The notes under the pieces: model-generated
Told to the model about the DNA's origin: nothing
What the model saw: the letters and a program-made list of their open reading frames with translations, nothing else
The model's database searches: none
Shown here: in pieces, positions 1 through 11,512 of the stretch
How the letters are laid out: the number at the start of each line of letters is the position of its first letter
Position numbering within the stretch: position 1 is the stretch's first letter
Position numbers and translations under genes: made by a program
From: Eledone cirrhosa
Taxonomy: Eukaryota
DNA length: 64,000 nucleotides
Direction: 5' to 3'
NCBI GenBank assembly: GCA_964016885.1
Contig: OZ024755.1
Coordinates: 30,504,001 to 30,568,000 of the forward strand

Positions 1-39
1 CAATGTTTATCATTGATTGACCAACGGTCAAAAATACAG

Positions 40-72
<33 letters not shown>

Positions 73-349
73 GTATTTAGGGTACTATTTATGGTTATGT
101 ATGCAATAAAACCTTTGATGGCAATATATTATATATACACAAACCCTAAATAGTGAGAGATAGTCTTTAATTATATATATATATATGTAAATATCTTTAA
201 GTCGTTTGGAAGCCTCGACAATGTAAATGGGTAAATCTCCGGGTAATTTGCATAGTCGAGGCTTCCAAACGACTTAAAGATATTTACTTATTGTTCCACA
301 ATGCTTCAAGCAAACTTCAATACTCTCTTATATATATATATATATATAT

Positions 350-720
350 AGTGACGAAACATAAGTCAATTGCATGAACTCATAATCCTTTATTTACTGC
401 TATATATATTTCGATGATAGCCATTGAATGGCTATGACCTCATCAGGCAGTTAGTCAGTTCTTAGATATGCCAGCTCTGTGTGTATAGTGTTGATGGTAT
501 CAGAGCCTGTGGACATATGAGCTTGTTAGGAATATTTTGATGTTGTCAGCGGGAATAGTCTTGATGCTCATTGGTCAGTTTGTAGATGGTAGTAGGTTGG
601 TATTTGACCTCAAAGAGGCAGGTGGTTCTGTAGGGTTCAAACCATCAGGCAAGATGACAATAGTTCCACATGACTGATTTTCACAAAAGGCATTCTTGGT
701 CAGATATATTTTTAAATAAG
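350..720 (-). mobile_element. 3' end of a Penelope-like element with terminal hammerhead ribozyme
   Basis: The minus strand has a degenerate ...LPDGLN end, typical of the C-terminus of PLE GIY-YIG ORFs. It is followed by a complete hammerhead (396-451) and a short tail ending in (TA)n. Confidence 0.55.
396..451 (-). ncRNA. minimal type I hammerhead ribozyme
   Basis: Minus strand reads actgc CTGATGA ggtc-atagccatt-c-aatggctat-catc GAAA tatata TA gcagt. Stem I is actgc/gcagt, stem II is a hairpin and stem III is palindromic. Confidence 0.8.
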
Positions 721-769
721 GATAATAGTATGAAATAGATACTACATATAGATACTATATATATATAGT

Positions 770-2735
770 CTAACAAAGTTATTTCGTTGCACATCTGCAA
801 CATCATCAGTGGTACTATTATGTTTCCTCCTATTGTATTGTATGTCTACGCCATTTTTTATTTTATCTGTTTATTTATTTATTTATTTTTGTCTTCTTCT
901 CTGCGCATGCGTTTGCGTGTGTGTATAGTGTTTGGTGTGTGTGTTCGCGTTTGGGTGACTGTGTTTTGGTTATTCTATTCTATCTTAGTTTATTAGTGTG
1001 TTTTTATATGTGTTTGTTGTTATTGTGCTTGTGTATATATTTATTTATTTATATTTCTCTTAAGTAAGTTTTGTTTGATTGGGTGTTTTTGTTATTCCAT
1101 TCATTTTTTTTGTTTAGCTTTGGCTTTCTAAGCTCTATTTCACTGGCCTCTCTGATTTGCCTACATGCTGGGTCATTTCTATGTTTAGATATTATTTTAA
1201 TTTTTATGTTGTCTATGTTGCCGTCATGTTGTTGTCTGGCGTGTATAGTACTGAACCATTTTTTTTTCCTTTTAATTCCCCCCAGTGTTGGCCTATTCTT
1301 TCTCCTATGCTTCGAACTGTCTCGCTTATGTATGTTGTTGTCACATTTCTGCAAGTACCCTCTGTACATCTTATGCTATAGACTACATGTCTAGTTTTAC
1401 AGTTTATCTGGAGGTTTACTTTACATATAACACATTTCTTATTAGTACAGTGGGTTTTCTTAAAAGGGTATGCTTTGCTTATCAGAGATTTTATGGTAGG
1501 TCCTGGCTTTTCTACCACTTTACTCTTTAAGTGGGTCTTTCTCAGGGCCTTTCTACATTGGTTAGCTAATTTCCCTCCAGGGGTAGCGTCCACGAACATG
1601 ACTCTCTGGTATCTCTGGTTTTCGTACCATGAGGTGGCTTTCCCTATCTTATGTTTAGTCCTATCTAAGCTATTTGATGATTTGCTCCTATATAATGGAC
1701 AAATTGCTTTCATGTCCAGTTCTATAAGGGTCTTATACTTCTGCGTGGCTCGTTTGTATACTCTGATTCTGTCTCTTTGGTTGTAGCCAGATAACTGCAT
1801 GCGGATGATGAAGTGTTGGGTGTCTTTCCATTTCTGTTGGGTCGCACATGCGGGACACGTTCTTCATCACTCGTACCAAGTCTGCGATCAGAATATTAAA
1901 CTTAGCACTACTGGACATTGTTGAGTTTTTGAGTATCAGGTATTTGGAGGGCCATGGGTTTAGCGTAGTGTGAGTGGAGAATGTGGTCCCGCTCGTCTAT
2001 AGTGTTAATCCAGCGTTCCCTGTCTAATACAGGTAGTCTACTGTTCGGGTGTTTGGAAGGGTAGTCGATAGTTACAGTTATACTCTGGTGTACGGAGTTA
2101 GCTATCTGCTGGATGCTTTCCATTGTGCTACATTCTAAATCCTATTTTTTGTACTCTCTTGTGAGGGTGTCCTTATTACTATATTAATATCGTCTACGTA
2201 ACGAGAGTACATGATGAGGTCTATGGAGCTCTCTTCAAGGAGATCTTTGAGTCTCCTTTCCCACCATACCATAAACAGGTTGGCAACATCACCAGCTATG
2301 CTGACGCTAAAGGCTGCTCCCTCATTTTGGGTGTAGATCTTTTCGTTGAATTTGAATATATGACCCTTTAGGGTAGTTTTAATACTAGCCCCTAATGCAT
2401 GCGCGACTATTTTTCCTACCTGATCATTGTTTTTGGGTGTCCGTATGGCTTTGGTCCACCCAATCCACCTTCCCATAGGAGTCTTTTTTGCCATTGAGGT
2501 TATGGTGTGTGTGGGGGGGGTCTACCCCTTATGGGTCTACTAGGGCAGAAACGGCTAGGGTCATGGCTGTCTAGGTACTCAGTGTCAAGGTAAGTCTAAG
2601 TAGGAGGCCCAGTTCATTTGTGTCGACATCGCAGAACTCCACCTCACTCTCACTGATTATTTCCACCACATTTTTCCACAGCAAAATCAATGTTAATGGA
2701 TGGGTATAGTGATACCACGTCCTTACTACCTATTA
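770..2735 (-). mobile_element. Penelope-like retroelement, 5'-truncated and frameshifted (RT + GIY-YIG endonuclease), possibly Neptune-like
   Basis: Collinear minus-strand ORF pieces include IIGSKDVVSLYPSINID, IYTQNEGAAFSVSIAGDVANLFM, MYSRYVDD, DYPSKHPNSRLPVLD, a Cys-rich linker CTNKKCVIC, GIY-YIG-type VVYSIRC...YISET.RSIGERIGQH and a terminal REASEIELRKPKLN. A hammerhead core (CTGATGA tgttgca gatg tgcaac GAAA) lies at 782-808. Confidence 0.88.
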
Positions 2736-2799
2736 TGAAGTTAGATAGGTTTTTGTAGAAACAATTATTATGCAGGTATACACACACCCAACACATACA

Positions 2800-2860
<61 letters not shown>

Positions 2861-2861
<1 letters not shown>

Positions 2862-3000
2862 CGAAGTAAGTGTGGTAAGGAACCTGGTGGACCACAGCGC
2901 ACCAGAGTACTCAATACTCTGTTCAAGACCCCAACGGCAGAGTCCAGAAATAGCCGTCGAAACGGCTTGAGCTCTGCTGTCGGCATCATGAACAATTTCA
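2861..3000. mobile_element. fold-back mini-element, family C (PLE-terminus-like), in (TA)n
   Basis: Shares gtggtaaggaacc...gagtactcaatac and gccgtcgaaacggcttgagctc with copies at 20757, 29826, 49846, 52408, 55155, 62694 and 63972. Confidence 0.75.
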
Positions 3001-3009
3001 TATATATAT

Positions 3010-3362
3010 GCAAAAGTTCTATTTAAATTGTTGGGATACAACAAGCAAATATTTTTATAACTGATATAAAGCACTCAACAAGTAGTATTTGGAGTAAACA
3101 TACGATATTAACAAATGGAAACTATATTTATAAAACCATATTTATTTCATTATACATATTTCAAGGACACCAAGTTAAATTATGGTGTGCTTTCATCAGA
3201 CAAAATATAATTATTATATTTTATTTATAATTATTTATTTATAATTATTATATTATATTTTGTCTGATGAAAGCACACCATAATTTAACTTGGTGTCCTT
3301 GAAATATGTATAATGAAATAAATATGGTTTTATAAATATAGTTTCCGTTTGTTAATATCGTA
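3010..3362. mobile_element. fold-back mini-element, family G, with a hammerhead on each arm
   Basis: Inverted arms at about 3101-3216 and 3246-3362. Plus-strand hammerhead at 3255-3320 (attttgt CTGATGA aagcacacca..tggtgtcctt GAAA tatgta TA atgaaat), with its mirror at 3143-3208. Confidence 0.8.
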
Positions 3363-3511
3363 TATATATATGTATATATATGTATAATTTGCAAAGCCCT
3401 TTAAACTGTATGTTATTACTCTGATGTCTATTCCTCGTCGAGTGCTTGGCTGCACTGCTGAAGATATTCGTTGGCTTAGCTGCTGATAGAACTTCGAATA
3501 TGCCGCACTAT

Positions 3512-3569
<58 letters not shown>

Positions 3570-3624
3570 AGTACAATATTCGTAACTGCACTCCTTGTTA
3601 TTGTTTTTGTTTTTTACTTTTCCA

Positions 3625-3668
<44 letters not shown>

Positions 3669-5094
3669 TATATATATACGGATTCCTGCGCGTGCATGCG
3701 TGCGTGTGCATGCACGTGTGTGTGTTTGTTTACAGCATCCAACGTTGTGAAAGAAATGAACAACAGACATATGAGAGTAAATAATTATATTTATTCTATT
3801 TGTTGATCAGCAAAGCCAATGCCTTCTTGTTTTGACTGCATTTGTTCTGATGTATAAATAATGAGTAAAGATGTAAGGTTATTTTCTACCCGAATAGCTG
3901 AAATTAGAATAAAACACCCACCTAATTGAATGATTGACTGTAGCATGATTTATTAGTCATTTCGAAATAATCAGTATGAAGCACACGTTTGGTTTTAATG
4001 TTTTTAAATATTCTTACTTTAGTGAGCTGTAAATAAAAATATTAAAGTGGAAACATAAAAATAACAAAGAACGTTTTAAAACAAGACATAAATCTAAAGC
4101 AATAAGATCGGCATATAGACGATGTTTATAAAACTAAAGCTAATTTATCAACTAATGATCATGAGTGTATGTCTATCTTAATACCGGGGCAAGCAGTTTC
4201 TTCCTGTTATATTGATTAACGTTTCCCGAAACACTGGAATGCTTGCCTGCTGCATAGGACATTTGTTAGTGACCTGACCAGAATCAATGAAGCTTTTATG
4301 CTGTCTCTTGGCTTAGAAGTAGTAGAAATGGAAGGGGGAGAGGAGTTCATGTCGACTTAACCTGTTATAGCACCTAACATGTTAGTAGACATAGCTAAGT
4401 TCGTTCTTAATATAACGCATGCCATTGCACACAATCAGGTCTTGTGCAGATATGCATTAATTAAATAAGCACTTAAACTTAAGCAACGTTGATTAAGTGG
4501 TAGAATCATGAGTTGCCGATTATCTACTCCGTTAGTAGGGAGGGGATGGCAAGAGCTCTGGTGTCGCAGAAGATAGGGGAGGGGTGAAGGGGAGGGTGAT
4601 TGGGCTTTGAGCCTAGGGCAAGAGGGCAGAAGTGCTGCTCCCCACGGACAAGACGGCAAAAGCATTGTGCTTCTCACTATTTCCCTTATACTCAAGACAT
4701 AGCCTCACCTTTCCTGACGTTGCGTATTTTCTAGCTACTGTCTAACATTCTAGTCAGAAGCTCACTGAAAACGGTTTCCTCGTCGCGCACGTATCTCGGA
4801 CAAATCTTTTTCGAAGGGTCCCTGCCCGGGCGCGCCCGTGTCTGTAGAGCTTGTATATATATATATTCTGTAGAGTGTGTGTATATATATATATATATAT
4901 ATAGTGTGTTAGTATCATAAGAGAGAGTATAATTTGTACATTTTATTACAGCATTCCTTTATACGTATATATACATACATAAACATGTTATTTACAGTTG
5001 TATAAAAAAGAAGTATAATTGTTTCTACTTTTGGCACAAGGCCGGCAATTATCTCAGTACATTACCGGTACTTTATTATATATAATATATATTA

Positions 5095-6270
5095 TACGAC
5101 ATTCCTCTCTCTTTCTTACTCTGTCTTTTTCGATAGATACATAGCTATAACGTCGCGCCCTTATAATATCTCTGTATGTCTGCCTGTCTGCATTGACTTC
5201 ACTTCTAGCCAACTTTTAATTAATTATATATATATATATATATAATTATATATTCGTATACATATTTTCAACAGTAATACTGTACTATATTTTTTCAACA
5301 TTAATACTATACTATATATGTTCAACAGTGATACTATACTATACCATACTATACTATATATTTTCAACAGTAATACTGTACTATACTATATATTTTCAAC
5401 AGTAATACTATACTATACTATATGTTTTCAACAGTAATACTATACTATATATTTTCAACGGTAATACTATACTATACTATATATTTTCAACAGTAATACT
5501 ATACTATATATTTTCAACAGTAATACTATACTATATATTTTCAACAGTAATACTATACTATATATTTTCAACAGTAATACTATACTAGATATTTTCAACA
5601 GTAATACGATACTATGATATATATTTTCAACAGTAATACTATACTATGATATATATTTTCAACAGTAATACTATACTATATATTTTCAACAGTAATACTA
5701 TACTATATATTTTCAACAGTAATACTATACTATATATTTTCAACAGTAATACTATACTATATATTTTCAACAGTAATACTAGATATTTTCAACAGTAATA
5801 CGATACTATGATATATATTTTCAACAGTAATACTATACTATATATTTTCAACAGTAATACTATACTATATATTTTCAACAGTAATACTATACTATATATT
5901 TTCAACAGTAATACTATACTATATATTTTCAACAGTAATACTATACTAGATATTTTCAACAGTAATACTATACTATATATTTTCAACAGTAATACTATAC
6001 TATATATTTTCAACAGTAATACTATACTATATATTTTCAACAGTAATACTATGCTATATATTTTCAACAGTAATACTATACTATATATTTTCAACAGTAA
6101 TACTATACTATATATTTTCAACAGTAATACTATACTATATATTTTCAACAGTAATATTATACTATATATTTTCAACAGTAATAATATACTATATATTTTC
6201 AACAGTAATACTATACTACACAGACGCCTTATCGTCTGTTTATCCAAGCGAAGCTAGGTACGTCAGCTAT
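5095..6270 (+). mobile_element. non-autonomous Helitron-like element carrying an internal minisatellite
   Basis: 5100-5205 matches 22000-22097 inside a Helitron-like element. The 3' end gcgaagctaggtacgtcagcta resembles Helitron 3' termini. Confidence 0.5.
5258..6218 (+). repeat. 27-bp minisatellite, roughly 35 units (tatattttcaacagtaatactatacta)
   Basis: Direct tandem repetition is visible. It generates the spurious (IFNSNTILY)n and (LLLKIYSIV)n ORFs. Confidence 0.95.
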
Positions 6271-6335
6271 ATATATATCTGGATGCCGTAGAACATGCCA
6301 ATGGTAGCCGAGCGCCAGCCGGACGGACCAGTTAG

Positions 6336-6367
<32 letters not shown>

Positions 6368-6422
6368 TGTATTTTTGTGTAGGTGTCTATATATATATAT
6401 ATATGCGTGTATTTTTGTGTAG

Positions 6423-6459
<37 letters not shown>

Positions 6460-6558
6460 TATATTTTTGTGTAGGTGTCTATATATATATATAAATACAT
6501 ATATACGCATGTGTACGTCTGTGTAGGTGTATATATTTATATATATAATAATAATAAT

Positions 6559-6751
6559 AATTGTTTCTACTTTTGGCACAAGGCCAGCAAATTACCCAGT
6601 ACATTACTGGTACTTTATTTTATCGACCCCCGTAAGGATGAAAGGCAAAGTTAACCTCGGCGGGATTTGAACTCAGAATGGCAAGGGCCGTGACTCTATG
6701 CGTCAAAGCATGGCGTCCGACCCTCTACCGATACTGTCAATCCACCGTCCT
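6559..6751 (-). mobile_element. tRNA-derived SINE (family A), full length
   Basis: Reverse complement has A-box-like tggcagtatcggtaga, B-box gagttcaaatcc, conserved body gcctttcatccttacggggtcgataaaataaagtacc and an (att)n tail. Confidence 0.9.
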
Positions 6752-6794
<43 letters not shown>

Positions 6795-6795
6795 T

Positions 6796-9700
6796 CGAAT
6801 AACGGTGAAGTGGAGACTGGAATGTCATGTGACAGACTCTCACCCAGCCGGTGCTCCCTGGCTCAGTAGCAGGGACCTGGCTGTCAACCAAATACTGCTG
6901 GTGTCGGAGGAAGAAGAAGGAAAGGAACCAGAACCAACTGGACGAAAGAATTGAATAGAACTGTTATGCAATGTTACCTGAAGAGTAACCCCAAGGAGAA
7001 AGGCTATAGGAAACGGATGCATAACATCTGGAACGAGATTGGTCTACTTAAATTAGATGAATAAAAATTGGCCGGGCAGGCTCGAGTAATAAGAACTAAT
7101 GGGTGGATAAGCGAGCTGGAACTGGAGGAACTGAGCAGAGAGATTAGGTTGGAAATGGAGAGTGGAGTATGCCAGGCAAACGAGCCAGTGGGAAATGAAG
7201 GTGAAGAGGTTGAGAGAACGGAGGAACCATCAGAAGCAGACTATGATCTGAATGCTGAAATAAATAATACCTGGAACAAAGATACGGCCATTGAGGAGAT
7301 GAATGCTGACGGGCTAGGACAAGATTTGGTTGATATCCTAAACTTAGTGGTAGATGAAATGAACAATGATAGTGGGAAACCTATGAACCTAAGATTTGTA
7401 GACAGGAAAAAGTTAAAAGAAACAACAGCTAAGGTAAACAAAGTCATGCCATACCTTGAGGCGAGGAGCCTTCACCAGTGCAACAATATCCTCAAAGCAA
7501 CAGCAAATGCGGTGAGGAAATTACTTGGCATAAAAGCGAGAGGAAACAACAAACAAGAAAGATCAGAACCTTGGGGGAAGAAACGACTGAATGGTCAAAT
7601 CAGGGAAATGAGAAATGACATTGGAAAGCTTGAGTTCCTACTGAATGGGACACTAAAAAACATAGACACTAAAAATAGACTGGAAATAAAGTACAAAACT
7701 AGGAGGAAAAGGCTAAATATTATCATAGAGGAACTGAAGCAACGCATTGTAGCAAAGAGTGCAAAAATTAGGCGATACGAGAGCAGAGTCAGTCAGTATA
7801 GACAGAACTGCATGTTTGACAACAACCAGAAGATGTTGTTTGGACAGCTTGAAGGGAAAGAAAGAGGCAACGACTTGATCCCTGAGGCGGAACAAACTAA
7901 GACATTCTGGAGAGGAATATGGGAGCAGGATGTTAAACAGGCAATGTGGATTGAGATAGTACAAAAGGAGATTAGTGAACAGGCACACCAAGAAACTGAT
8001 TTGAGTATCACAGTTGAAACTCTTAAGGGGCAAGCCAAAAAACTAACCAACTGGAAATCACCAGGCCCAGATGGTGTGCAGGGGTATTGGATTAAAAATG
8101 TAACATCCCTCCACCCGAAACTGACAGCCATGTTCAATGACTGCTTGATGTCAGGTGAGGTACCAGAGTGGTTGACAAAAGGTACCACAGTTCTGGTAAT
8201 GAAAGACCGAATCAAGGGTAATGATGTTACCAACTATAGACCTATCACATGTCTGTCCGTAATGTGGAAACTGTTGACAAGCATTGTGTCTGAGGAAATC
8301 TACCATCACCTCCACACAAACAACTTGTTACCGGACGAACAGAAAGGATGCCGAAAGAAGTCCCGTGGTACAAAGGACCAGTTACTTATTGATAAGATGG
8401 TGATGAGGAATTGCAAGAGGAGAAACACTGGTCTTGCCATGGGATGGATAGACTACAAAAAGGCATTTCACATGGTGCCTCATTCTTGGATCACCAAAAG
8501 CCTAGAGATCTTCAAGGTGGCAGATAACATTAGACAGTTGTTGAGCAAAAGTATGAAGTCCTGAAAAACAGAGTTAACATCAGCTAGAGAATCCTTGGGA
8601 GGCGTGAAGATCAAGAGAGGTATCTTCCAGGGAGATAGCCTGTACCCTCTGTTGTTTCTCCTTGCACTGATGCCTCTCACCATTATACTGCGAAAAGTGA
8701 GAGCAGGATACAAGTTGGGAAAGGGAGAGCTTACCATCAATCACCTCCTATTCATGGACGATCTTAAGCTCTTCGGGAAGAGTGAGAAGGAGTTGGATGT
8801 GCTTGTGGACACTGTCCGTATTTTCAGCAATGATATATGTATGCAATTTGGTATTAGTAAGTGTGGAGTCCTTGTGATGAAGAGGGGTAAATTGAGCAGA
8901 AGCAACGGAATCCAGGTACCAACAGGTGAGATGATAAAGGAAATTGACACTGAAGAAGGATACAAGTATTTGGGTATTCTGGAGGCTGATGACATCAAGA
9001 ACAAAAAAATGAAGGAATTGATAAGATCTGAATACATTCGGAGAGTAAGGAGCGTATTAAAGTCACATCTGAACAGTAGGAATGCCATAAGTGCAGTAAA
9101 TGTCCGAGCTGTGTCTAGTATTAGGTACAGTGCGGGAATTCTGAGATGGAATGTTTCTGAACAAAAAGAAATGGAGAGGAAGACTAGGAAGCTATTGACT
9201 ATCTACATGTTCCACAAGAGGAGTGATGTCGATAGACTCTACTTAAGGAGATCTGAAGGTGGAAGAGGTCTTATCAGCATAGAGGACTGTGTTCAGATGG
9301 AGAAAAACAACCTACACAAATACGTGACTGATAGTAAGGAGCCAATGCTCAGAATTGTACTGAAGGAGAGGACAATAGATCAGGGATGTCCAAGGAGGAA
9401 ATAACAACAAGGAGAAAGAGCAACCTTTATAGTACCTTCTTTGAGAAAACGGAATTCAGAGATCCACAGACATGGAACTGGTTGAGAAGAGGAGACCTTA
9501 AAAAGGCTACAGAAGGAATGATAATGGCTGCGCAAGAGCAGGCCCTCAAAACGAAGTGGCTGAAACACCATATTTACAAGGAGGAGGCTAGCCCACTGTG
9601 CAGGATCTGTGGAGAAAGAGAGGAGACTGTGGCTCACATTGTATCCGAGTGTAAACACCTAGCCCAGACTCACTATAAAGGCTGGAGACATGATGTGATG

Positions 9701-10243
9701 GGCAGGGTGATCCACTGGCATCTATGCAAAGTAAACAATTTACCACATTCTGAGAAGTGGTATGAGCATAAGACAGAGTGGGTGATAGAAAATGATCAGG
9801 TGAAGGTGATATGGGATTTTAGGATAGAGACGGACAAGAAACTGGAACACAATAGACCTGACCTAGTGGTTTTGGACAAGGAAAAAAGATCGTGTCTGAT
9901 TGTGGATGTGGCCTGCCCATTCGACACGAGAGTGCAAGAGAAGGAGAGAGAGAAAATTAACCGACCAGGACTTAAAGTGGGAGGTAAAAAGGATTTGGAA
10001 CGGCAATGAAGTCAAAGTGGTCCCGATTGTCATAGGCGCACTAGGTACTATCTCAAAGAGTTTCCAGGGATGGTTAAAGAAAATTGGCCCCGCCACGCTT
10101 TTTGGAACGCTTCAAAAGGCATGCTTGCTGGAAACAGCAAGAACCCTCCGATACGTCCTGAATATCTGAGGCTGCAGGTAGTGGCTTGATATTCATTTCA
10201 ACAAACTTTCCAGTTAAATAACATCAATGACTGAAACTCAAAG
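6796..10243 (+). mobile_element. non-LTR retrotransposon, R4/Dong-type (RT + CCHC + restriction-like endonuclease), near full length, inactivated
   Basis: Motifs: N-terminal Myb-like WTKELNRTVMQCY...GYRKRMHNIW; RT motifs KSPGPDG, NYRPITCLS, WIDYKKAF, GIFQGDSL, LFMDD, YKYLG; CRICGEREETVAHIVSEC; RHD; RPDLVV..D. Flanked on both sides by (AAT)n. Confidence 0.93.
6822..10169 (+). pseudogene. disrupted single ORF of the R4/Dong-type LINE
   Basis: In-frame stops near 6867, 7062 and 8562 and frameshifts near 9390 and 9960 split one ORF into the track pieces 7068-8564, 8595-9404, 9386-10009 and 9900-10169. Confidence 0.88.
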
Positions 10244-11267
10244 AATAATAATAATAATAATAAAATAGTAGTTATCAGAAAATGAAACGGAACGGAAAAA
10301 ATGACTATTCCATATTTTGATAAATTTCACTCTTGAGACTAAACAAAATAAATAAAAATCATTTTATATTTCGTGTAGAGTTTTATTTTCTAATAAAGAG
10401 CATCAACTAAATGTTTTTAGCTGACAACGAAGTAGTTGTTAAGTGAAATAGATTGAACTTTGAGCTTTGATATATAAGCTTCTAATCGCTTGAGTAAACT
10501 CATGATGTACGCAATGAGAATTTATCCTTCTCAATATCCATTGAATGTAAATTCAAAGTTAAAATTAAATTAATAGCTAATGTTAAGGTGAATTATGGTC
10601 AAAGTTTTAAATGGCGTATTGCATTCTGGAAAACATGAGGGAATTTCAGCTTTCAAACTTCTAATAGTAAAGAATGCTAATATCAAAGTGAACAGATCAA
10701 TTATTATCCAGTCAATCACACAGGTCATTTGTAGATCAGTAGATGCTTTATGAAGGAGAATAGTCGGATGATGGAGCTGCCATCATGTCGGCGAACCGAT
10801 ACGCTGCGGGTCACTATCTGGAACCTCCCCGAGAGACCGGCCCGCCTAGGCTTTTGTGTTTCGTAAATGTATCTCTTTACCTTGGCAAAATGAATTTTTT
10901 TAATTCTTTAAAATAACTACACTGCACAATATACGATGCTAGATGCATGCCTATGTCTCGAGTTGTATATCACACCTTTGAAAACAATACAGCTTTAATA
11001 TTTATCTTGAGTGATAATTATGGCGTTCAGGGTATGTTTTCTGTTGCGCCAAGGGCATACGTATTTCTACTATGCTCTGTCGCACCAAGAAGACATATCT
11101 ATCGCCCCTACTGCACTGGCCTCGAGAACAAACAAGATATAATATTTAGAAGATAATCAACCCCACAGCACATTTAAGGCTTTTTAAAGAGTCGTCGCTT
11201 GTATTTTGAAAATCCCTAATTAATGTTAACAATAATGTGTTTCTTTTTCTTTTCTCGGTCCTTGTAA

Positions 11268-11512
11268 TCATCACCATCATCCGGCGGCCTCAGTCAAAAC
11301 CGACTCAACATTTGATCTCCACGTGGGTCTGTTGTTCATTGCCGTTGCCAAGTCATGGATTTCAATACCAGAATCTCTGGAGATGACATCGGAGTAGGAG
11401 AGCTTGCGCCCCCTGTTATTAGTGCCTGCTTGTGGTTTCCAAAGCACTAATGATGACACAGCTTCGTAGGTGGCACGATGGCAGTGACCAGCAAATCTTA
11501 CTCTCCTTTTAA
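11268..11512 (-). mobile_element. RTE-type LINE 3' fragment
   Basis: RRVRFAGHCHR...LVLWKP...RGR...Y.DVISRD...AMNNRPTWR followed by a (gat)n-like tail. Confidence 0.75.

Noticed and set aside
5258-6257. Possible CRISPR array or repeat protein
   Set aside because: Units are contiguous with no unique spacers, there are no cas genes, and the context is eukaryotic. The ORFs arise because the 27-bp unit is a multiple of 3.
8562-8564. In-frame TGA in the LINE as possible selenocysteine or readthrough
   Set aside because: It occupies a position normally Trp (TGG>TGA), and the ORF has other stops and frameshifts, consistent with ordinary decay.
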